Part shown: positions 54,470 to 64,000 of the stretch, one piece after another | Layout: the number at the start of each line of letters is the position of its first letter | Numbering within the stretch: the stretch's first letter is position 1 | Assembly (NCBI RefSeq): GCF_009914755.1 | Contig: NC_060929.1 | Reading direction: 5' to 3' (one strand) | Source of the DNA: the human T2T-CHM13v2.0 reference genome, Homo sapiens | Length of the DNA: 64,000 nt | The notes under the pieces: model-generated | What the model was told of the DNA's origin: nothing | The model's input: the letters and a program-made list of their open reading frames with translations, nothing else | Databases searched by the model: none | Translations under genes and position numbers: made by a program

Positions 54470-55100
54470 TAAGTATCTTTGCAAGGCTCTGTTTTTATTC
54501 TGAAAGGAAATTAGGAGCTATTGGAGGGTATGGAGTGGAAGGGGACAGTCTTCTGCCTTGGATGTATAAAAGGGATGCTGGGCCACGCTGATGGGCTAGA
54601 CCATGGCAGGCAGAGAAAACAGGCAGGAGGCCAGGCAGGGGCTGCCAGTGCCCAGACACAGGCCGGGAGGTGCAGGTGGCAGTGGCAGGCAGTGGCCAGG
54701 CCCTGGGTATATTTTGAAGGTCAAGCCAACAGGACTTGCCAGTGGGCTGGGTATGGGCATGAGACAGGCAAGTTCTCCCAGATGTGACTCCGATGTGACA
54801 TTTTGGAGACTCCCTCAACACCCACCTGGGGAAGACAGACCAGTTGGGAGGAAATATCTGGAGTCTCATTTTATTAATTCTGAGAGTTTGTTGTATTAGA
54901 CAGTGAAGCGGAAATGTCAGGAAGTCAGCTGGAAATAGGAGTCTGGAGTTGGGGGGAAAGCCTAGCCAGAGACAGGAATTGTGGCGTCATTGGCGTAGAG
55001 ACAGCGTTTAAAGCTGTGACGCTAGATGGGTTCACCAGGGGAATGAGAGTCGAAAGAGAAGAGCAGAGCAGAGCTGAGCCCTGAGGGGGGCAGAAAGGCA
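54470..55100 (-). mobile_element. L2 relic
   Basis: gggtatattttgaaggtcaagccaacaggacttgcc...gtttaaagctgtgacgctagatg. Confidence 0.75.
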
Positions 55101-55949
55101 CACAGGGACAGTGGAGGCAGGAGGCAGAAGGCAGAGGGTGGCGGGCCAACAGCTCTGAAGGTCAGTGCTCTATCACAGGGGGGTGGCCGAGGAGGGGCCC
55201 GAGGCTGGAACCAGGAGGCACTATCCCAGGCCTGCCTTCTCATGCCAGCAGCAGTGATCTATCCTCAAGGAGAATATTGATTGAGCACCTACTGCATGCA
55301 GAGACCTCATCAATGGCTCAATCAATATGACACGGCCACGCTTCCTGATCCGAGCCCTCTGAGCAGGTATTTTCCATCCTGGACTTATCCCTGTTTCTCA
55401 GGAGAGGGATGGACCCAAGAGACAAATAGTTCCCCCAAGATCGCACAGCAAGCCAGTGTAAAACAAGCATAGAAACCAGCTTTTAGGGGGCTCAAGGTGG
55501 GGGTCAGAAAATGAGGTGAGAGCAAGCATTTACTGAGCACCTCCTGTAAATATCTCCTACATACGAAGTGCTCTACCCACATTACTGACCACCCAATAAA
55601 GGCAGGTCCTGTAATTCCCAATTTGCAGATGGATAAGCAGAGGCTTAGGGGTGTGAAACAACCTCCTCAAGGTCATGGCTTCTAAGTGGTGGAGCCAGGC
55701 CTGCAAACCAGGCTGTCTGAATCCAAAATCCACCTCCAAGTCCACAGTGGGTTGGCCCCACCCCCAACCCATCCCCATCACCAACAGGACGGTGGTCAGA
55801 GTCCACTGAATGAAAGCATGCGTGCATTCAAAATAGACAGCCAATCAGCAGCCTTCCATCAGAAATGTCATCTTTATGACAACAGCATCGATTCCAGGCG
55901 TACCCTGCATATGTGAACCAAGGGGGATGGTGGATTGTCCTTTCCAAGC

Positions 55950-56695
55950 ACTTCCCAGCCCCTTAGAGTCCCACAGGCCCAGAACCACGGCCCTTGACAC
56001 CCTCTACCCACCCCTGCTCCCCCTTCTCCTCAGACCCCGAGTGTCTGGCCAGGCTTTCTCACTGGGAAGTGGCCACTCCATCCAAATGACCACCGCACCC
56101 CTCCTCACCAGCTTCCCTGCTTCTGCCCTGGCCCCCACTCTTTGAGTCCATTCTTCAACCAGCAGACAAAGGGGTGCTGTACACGCCTCTGCACAGAACC
56201 CCTCCAATGCCTTCTGTCTCAACTCAGAGCAAAGGGCAGCAGCTAGCACACTCCAAACACTCCCACCCACACCTCAGCTCCTCCCTCTGTCCCTCTGCTC
56301 TATTCCCTCAGATCTGACGGCTCCATCCCATAAACGTGGCACACACACACCTGCCTCAAGGCCTTTGCTCAGGCTGTTCCCACTGCCTGGAGCACTCTTC
56401 CTGCAGACACCCACGAGGCTCATTTTCCTTTAGTGAGGCTTTCCTGGCCGCCTCTTCCAGATAACAACTCTCCTCTCCTTCCCTGCCCTCCTGCTCCTCC
56501 TGTTCGCGCTACATAACAGACTCTGTGGGGCCTTGGTTTATGTATTTCCTTCTCTCCCCTACTGAAATACATGTGAGCGATGCTGGGGCAGGCCGACTAG
56601 AAGAAGCAGACTATCTGCTTCTTCTCCACCCTTAGAATGGTGCTGGGCCCAGAAGAGGCATGCAGTCGATATTTGCTGAATAAATGAATGTCAGA
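55950..56695 (+). mobile_element. L2 3' region
   Basis: cctgcctcaaggcctttgctcaggctgttcccactgcctgg...atttgctgaataaatgaatg. Confidence 0.8.
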
Positions 56696-59182
56696 TAAAG
56701 TGGTGTGGGGACTCCAGGGGAAAGATTTGTCATTCTCCACCCTCCCAGTTCAGCTTAAAGCAGAGAAGTGAGAGGTGCCCAAAAAGGGGTGTGTCTGGGG
56801 GGTGGGGGGTGGGGATGTTCCAAGATCTCCAAGGCCTGGATTTTAAGCAAGGTTTGAGATGCCAGCAAGAGGGCCTGGCATTGCCAGATTGATAGTCTGC
56901 ATTTCAGAGAAGGACAACCCCACCTCTGACCTTAGCCCAAGCCTCAACAGCCTGCTCAAGGAGATCCACCCTTAGTAGGAGGAGGCAGCCAGGCCAGGTT
57001 CCAGTCCCTGCCACCGCTTGCCAGGTGTGTCTTGGGCAGCAGTTGCCTTTGCTCGGTGGTCTTCAGCTTTGCCCCCTGCCAGGCACGTGCTGGCCTCCTG
57101 CCTGCATCGTAGCTCATGGAGTCCTCTCAGTCACCTCTGTATGCCCTGCAGCATCCCCAGTTCTCAGTGAGAAGAGTGTGCTCTGAAAGTTAAGTAACTT
57201 ACCCAAGGTCACACAAGGTCTGAGTCTCAAATGCATACAATTTGACCCCATAGTCTAAGGTCTTGACCGCAATGGAATAAGAAATTATTTTACCATTCTG
57301 AGTGGCAGTCTCTGAAGACTACAGCAATAATTGATGCCTCTCAGGGGGATAGGTGTGTCACTTACAGGTGATAGTGAGGTTGTCCTCAGCCTCCCTGCTC
57401 TTCGTTAGACCTCCCTCCTCCTCTCTACCCGGGCCAAGCGTCCAAGGCAACCCTGTGTGTTGCATTGCTCTTGGGGGCAGCCAGTCCCCCACATAAAGTG
57501 GTGTCTTCCTTCAGCTCCTAACAAGTCATGTGGCCATTGCCCACACTACAACGACAGAGGAAGCCTCAGGGGAACCCTCCTCCTCTCCCGAATCTCCGGG
57601 CTTCCTGCATCCCTGGGAGGCAATGTCCATTAATTCCAGCTATGACCAGCAGAGGGCAGCAGCAGCCTGGGGAAGACCCAGAGGCCCAGGCCTAGGGGAG
57701 AGGCCGGTGTCTCCACCCTAGGAGCCCCAATTCCTCCGCAGCAGGAGCAGACACACAAAGAGGAGGGCGAGCAAGGGTCCTCCGGGGCGGAACACCTCTG
57801 CCGCACCTGCAGCAGCCTTGCTCTATTTCTTCACAAGCTTCCCCATGACACTGACCCAAGGCTGTCTGGCCACTACAGCTGCTGATGATGATTAGCAATA
57901 ATAATAATAATAAACGAAATGCCTTCTGCTTAGATCATCTTTAATTTCCCCTCCAGAATGACATTCGACTCTGCTTAGAGTTACAGGCAGCCCAGCAATT
58001 ACTGAGCGCAAATACCGTGTTCACCCGCCTCACCTCATCCACGCCCCCACAACACCCAGCCCTGAGACTGGCTCCACGATCACCTCCACTTTATAAAATA
58101 AGATATCAAACTCTGAACAGAACGGACGTCTCAAAAAATGGGCATATTACATTTAAACCCTCAATCTGTTGGGTATTTGAGTGAAATGGACATACCTCCA
58201 GGGAGTCGGTGGCGAGGGCCGGCTCTGAGGACTTCCTGGGTTGGGATCCTGGCTCTGCAGGACTGCGTGACCTTGGTGAGTTACTTCATCCCTCCAAACG
58301 CGCTGTTCTCCTTCATAGAATGGAGATGACCACAGGGCCAGATTCATAAGGTTGTTCCTTGTAATACAGGTGAATATCCATACCCAGCAACTGCTGGACC
58401 ACCTGTGGTTTCAAGGATAATTTCCCTCCCACGTCCCCGTGGCCCTTGGAACCTTCCTCTCCTCCTGTCTCCCCCTGCCCCCATCACTTTGTAATTGAAA
58501 AGTCATGATTGCTCTCCCAGGTGTAGCACTGCTCACAGGTCAGATTGCCTGCTCTGACGTAGTGACTCAGTTGGATGCGGTTCAGCTGTGTATGATCAAC
58601 TCCCTCCCCCTGACAAAAACATTATTTTGCATCACAGAGAAGTTGATTTCTTTCACACATAAAAGAAGGCAAAAAGTGGTGCCTAAAGGGCTGGTACAGC
58701 AGCTTCAAGAAATCAGGAAGAACCTGGGCTCCTTCTGCCTTCTTGTTCTGCCAATATCACCCCATGGCTGCCACTTCATGGCCCAAGTGGAACCATGGAG
58801 CACCACCCTTCAGACCCATAGGTGACAACAGCCTGCTCTGTGAGAGTGGCAGTGGCTTCCAGAGAGACTTAGGAAGTAGAATCAACAGGACTTGGTGACA
58901 GATTTGCCACAGAGCTGGGGAACAGGGAGGTCCAACGGTGACTCCCAAGGAGCTGATGTGAGAACCAGAGCTGCTGTGAATATTGTTCCCAACTCCTGAG
59001 ACAGGGACAGTGGTCCCGTGGCTAGGAAGTGGTAGGCAGTAGAGAGTCACAATGCACATTAGTATATCAACATTGTGAGTAGGGCACGCAGGGAAGAAAC
59101 CTGTTCAACCCAGCCCCGTGCTAGAAAGACATCAGCAGGGCCTGCAAAAGCCCTGATTAAATCTCACAAGTTTGCACCTGGA

Positions 59183-59194
59183 GCCGCCATCTTG
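59183..59194 (-). promoter_or_regulatory. Full YY1 consensus
   Basis: GCCGCCATCTTG is the reverse of CAAGATGGCGGC; lies in non-repeat DNA. Confidence 0.4.
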
Positions 59195-61710
59195 AATTGC
59201 AGGTGAATATCAGCCTTTGGTTTGGGCTGTGTGCCCCAGATGATGGTGGTCCCAAATTACATAGGCCAATATCCAGAGCTGGGTTAAAATGAAGCATTTC
59301 GAGGAAAAAAATGCAATGAAATTTGTTTAACCGGTACTTCAGGCTTTTGAGCACAGAACAGCGTCCATCCCTCCAAACACACACTGAGGATATACACTTA
59401 GCCAGGAGGGAACATAAGGAGGGGTGGACAAGCCATGTTTACTAAAATCTCTCAGTGTGTGCCAGGCATGTTCATGTATATTCAGGAAGAAGTGTCAGTA
59501 TTTAAGATCCTCGGCCCTTGCCCGAGTCCCCAACACGCCTTCTTGTCTGGAGAACTGTAAATCTTGGAAACATCTTGCAAGGGGGGACACCTCACAGAAG
59601 GCAGGCTTGGCATGGGATAAACAGAATCGACTCCTCTGCTTCCTTCTGATGCACAGTGAATGGGCAGGTGGAAGCATCGTTGCTTAAAGAGGAACCAAAA
59701 CTCCACCCCAGAGCTGCTAATTCCTTTTGGCTTGCAGTTATGCAGAGGGCTAAAAAATCCAACGAATCACAAATCCCCTGGTTGCTAAGTAGAAAGAATA
59801 TGTTTTGGCTGCTGCTGTTCCCTTCCCCAAGGAAAAGATTCAAGCAGAGGCGGTCCCCACCTCTCAACACAGAAAGCAACATCTCTGATTGCCTCTAGAC
59901 ACACCTTCATGCTCGTGGCACTTTGGGACCCTCTGCCCGCTGGCTTATGGGCATGGCTTCCCCATCACTCTGGGTCCTTGGGAAGAGCCTCTTTCCCAGA
60001 CCCCACCTCTGTGCCTCATCACATTTCTCCCAGGCTATTGACTTGTTCAAGGTTAAGGTATGAAGAGAGTCATGCAGCAGCCCTACCTGGCTCTGCTCTG
60101 CTGGGGGAAGCCTTTTCAGAGCCTGCCTCTTCCTCAGCATGAGGGGCTGCTCGGGCCCAGTCCCAGAGGCCATGCTGGTCCCAGGGGAAGGTGGCCGTCA
60201 TCCCCATCTGTGTTTTCTCTTGCAGGTAAGTCATGCTCCAGCAGTCGGGAGGGTTGTGTGATGACACACTTGGCAGTTTGGGAGCAAAAGCCGCCACAGT
60301 AAGACACAATTGATTCATTGCCTCTCAACCCTCTGCTGGGGTGGACTTTCATGCGTGGACTTCTGTCCCCAAAGAGGCTTCTCTGGGTCTGGAAAGGGCC
60401 CTAGCCTTGGTTGGGGGAGGCAAAGGGGTGGCGGCTTCCAGGTACCATCTGGCCAGGAACCGGCTCCATTGTCTGTGCATGTAGCTTGCACTGGGCTGCC
60501 TGCTCCAAGGGAGGCATCTCCCCACGATCTACGACATTGGCTTCAAAGAGCTGCTCCTGGCAGCTTCGAATGGCTGAGACCTACTGGCATGGGATGGAGG
60601 AGTGCAGGGAGCTTCCCGGGACCTCGCTAGTCCTGCCTGGATGCTCAGAAGGCCCTCGTCCTCGGTGGCATGCAGCCTCGGCCATTTCCAAACTCACGGC
60701 ATCTCACCCAGCCATGTCACCCACCCCCGGCTCTGTCGCCCTTCCCATCACCTTTCTCCCACCCATCACCTCACATCAAGGTTTCAGCCAGCGGGAACCA
60801 GGTTTAGACTCCAATTACCTGTGCGTGTGGGAGGTTGGATTGTGACATCTTTGGAGGGCCGGGCTTCTGAAGCGACATTTGATTTCTGGTACTGAAATGT
60901 CAAAGGGTCCTGAGGCACCCGCTAGGGCAGCACGCGGAGCATCCACCTGCGTGCGCATCCTGGGCTCTCTCTGGGCCACTTGGTGCTGGGGACATGCCGG
61001 GAGCTGGTGGTCAGCCCTCCTCCTGCCTCCTCAGTGCTGCATCTTCACCTTCTGCAGCTGCCTACCAGAAGCAGGGGGACCTGGAAGGCAAAGGAGAGGG
61101 AGTTGGCATGTAGTGAGCACCGACTGTGCACACAGTGCCAGCAAGGAGCTTCACACTCATCTCCAGCGTCACAGCTGCCCAGTGGCTGTGGAAGCCGATG
61201 GACTGGGCCCTCTCCCAGTACACAATCATTAGAGGGTCTCAGTTCACTGAGTAACTGTGGGAGCAGCACGGTGCCTCCATCAGCCCCCAGTTCTGCTTTC
61301 GAAACATCGTCACCATCGCCAAAGCAAAGCCTCAGACCTGCAGGCCAGCGCTCCCATGCCCCATAGCCGGGAGTAAAGGACAGATGCGGGGAATCTGGAA
61401 GGAGATTCACTTCAAGCACCATCCCACTCTATTTGTTAAACTTGTGCTCCTGTGAAAACTGCTTGTGTCTGCATCAAACCCAGCTAGGGAGGGCTGAGGG
61501 CTAAGGGTAAACCTGGGAGAGTTGAATTCCAGTGCTGTGATTAAAACCAATATTCCACATAATGCAATGTAACTTGCTCACATCGTCCCATGTAATCTTT
61601 AAAGCCACAGCCCTTTTGCAATTGGGATTATTATCTCCATTTTACACTGGAGGAAACTGAGGCTCTAAGAGGTGAAATGATTCACCCAGTTAGGAAGTGA
61701 TGAGTCCAGA

Positions 61711-62172
61711 TGTGGTAGACTGAATAATGGCCCTCACAATGGAACCTGTGAGTGTTCCCTTAGATGACAAAGGGCCTTTGCAGATGTGATTAAATTCAGG
61801 ATCCTGAGATTGGGAGACATTATCCTAGATTATCCAGGTGGGTTCTAAATGTCATCAGAAGTGTCTTCATAAGAGGAAGACAGAGATTTTGCTACAGAAG
61901 AGGGGGAAACATGATGATGAGTCAGAGGCTGGAGTGACACCTGGAAGGGGCCATGAGCCAAGGCGTCCAGGTGGCTGGAAGCCAGAAAAAGGCCAGGAAA
62001 TGGGTTTTCTCTGTGAGCTTCCCCAGGAAACCAGCCTGGCCAACACCTTGACTTTAGCCCAGTGCAACTGACTCCACATTTCTGGCTCCAGAACTGTAAG
62101 AGAATACATTTGTGTTTTGTTAAGCTAGCAAATTTGCAGTAATTTATGACAGCGCTATGAGAAACCAAAACA
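61711..62172 (+). mobile_element. Complete MLT1D-like solo LTR inserted in a MIR
   Basis: tgtggtagactgaataatggccc...gaaaccaaaaca; flanks CCAGA / CCAGG; MIR(-) continues on both sides. Confidence 0.88.
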
Positions 62173-62944
62173 CCAGGATTATGCCCCAAGGATCCTGATG
62201 CCCTCCCTCCTCTCTGCTCTGCAGTGTGCTGGAGCTCACAGGGCTCTGCTGCTGGGAGTTAGTATCTAGTCCAACACTTTACCCACTCACCCCCCAAGCT
62301 AAGGGACTCCTGAAATCAGGGACCAGATGCATAATAGGTGCCCAGGAAGTGAGACTCGCCTTCCCCAGATTAAGAATAAAGAAGACAAACTATCCACGGC
62401 TGCTGTGAGCCTCTCATCAGACCTCAGCTTCTAGGGCAGGGTCCCTGCCTGTCTCCAGTATGTGGCCTCTGTGTCTTCTTCGCCCTCCATCCCCACAGTG
62501 GGACGAGAAGTCATCAGGAAGGCAGGGGATCTGCAGGCAGCCATCAGGGCTCTAATTGCAGCTGGCTGGGGGACCATGGGTCAGGGCTGCCACCCCCTGG
62601 CTCTGTGCCTTCACCTGTGTAACGAATGGGGCACTCACAGCCCCTCTCAAGTGGTCCTGGGGATGAAGTGAGAAGGTGACATATACAAGTGAGTTATACA
62701 CGTTCCTGTTCTGTCACTCACCAGTGCTCACTGGGTGGGTCACTGAACTCCCCTCAGCGTTTCCTTCTCCATCTGTAAACCACCAGTGCAAACCTTTCCC
62801 AGATAGTGCTGACCCGAAGCAGGAACCAGTGCCCCTCTGCCCTCAGTAAGTCTGCCAGCAGAGGAAGCCCATAGAGGGTCTTGGGAAATGAAGCCAACAG
62901 AGTCAAGAGGGTCAGATGATGAGGGACTTCAAGTGCCACCTTCA

Positions 62945-63480
62945 TCCCATTCTTTCTGCAAATATTCACCACACACCTACGTGACCTCAGGCTCTGTGTC
63001 AGGTCCTGGGGATGTAATGGTGTCCATGAAGAAACAAGGTCCCTGCCCTCATAGAGTGGCCTGACATATGCCCGAGGCAGTCAGCAGCCGAGTGCGGGAG
63101 ACTCTTGAGCAGAGATTGAGTGTGTTGATATCTGTAGGCATCAGCCTGGCTTTGCTGAGTGAGCTATATCAGAGTGGAGGAGGCCAGAGGCAAAGTCCAG
63201 ACTCCACTGGATCCTGGATTGAGGGGAGAAGGGGCTGGGCGGAGGAGCAGCCTGAGCACCTGCATCTCACTCCAACTGGGTGCTGATTTGTCCCCATGGC
63301 CCCAGCACCCAGGCAGGTCACCAAGTAAGCTCAAGACAAAAATGATGAGTGACTCAACAGTGTCTGGGGACAAGGGAGGGAGAGAAGAACTCAAAATGAC
63401 TGAGGTTTCCAGCTACCAGAAAAATGGAAGGACCTTGAAACAAATGGGCCATCAGCAGGGGACACTGGCTGGAAGCCCAG
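62945..63480 (-). mobile_element. L2 relic
   Basis: aaacaaggtccctgccctcatagag...aaatgactgaggtttccagc. Confidence 0.6.
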
Positions 63481-64000
63481 AGTCCAGTCAGCTCTGTAAG
63501 GCCCCCAGAATAGGCATTTGACTTCAAGTCACAGGCATTTCAGCAAAAGCCTCTTTGCTACAGTGATTATGGTGAAGCAGATGCCCACAGCTGAGATGGG
63601 CAACTCTCAGGCCTCCAGTGGGGACAGAGAATCCCTGGGCCCCAACATAGCTTGGCCTGAAGATCTGAGTCAGGCATCCAACCTCTTCTGCTCAGCTCTT
63701 TCAGGAAGATGTGTATACTGGCCTCTCTTGCCGCAAGGGTCCACCACCTTCCTTATGTGTGACCTAAGGCTTCTAGTGCTGGCTCAGTGGCTAATTTGAG
63801 CATAAGCACCCTTGTTGGTAAAATGAAGGATAGGTGTAGATCAGCATTTCCCAAAGTGTGTGCTTCTCAGAAAATTAGGTCCCTGGTTGTCTGTAGAGGT
63901 TACTTAACAAAGAGACTCTGTAGTTATGTTAGAAATAAATCTTATGATTACCAGGATTAGTCTCTTTAAAGCTTGTCTAGGTGGGTCACAAATCCGCCTC

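Overview
This window is primate, most likely human, non-coding nuclear DNA. It has 11 Alus (J, S and Y types), many old MIR and L2 relics, MaLR solo LTRs (MST, MLT1), L1M 3' ends and hAT DNA-transposon relics, and it is CpG-depleted apart from small patches near 42.4 and 51-52.5 kb. I find no credible protein-coding exon, rRNA, tRNA or CRISPR. The ORF track is explained by chance, Alu, L1 and microsatellite frames, and I cannot name the locus from sequence alone. The most unusual signals are: local templated insertions flanked by direct repeats (2087-2328 copied from ~5028-5268; 52267-52315 copied from 50249-50305); a pentamer array carrying 20 RUNX cores; a polypyrimidine-CAG|GTAAGT recursive-splice-like site; a palindromic E-box cluster; an AP-1/ISRE enhancer-like block; convergent CTCF-like motifs; and a four-element nested transposon. 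I see no evidence of a new multi-gene system. Subfamily calls and most repeat boundaries were made by eye and are approximate.
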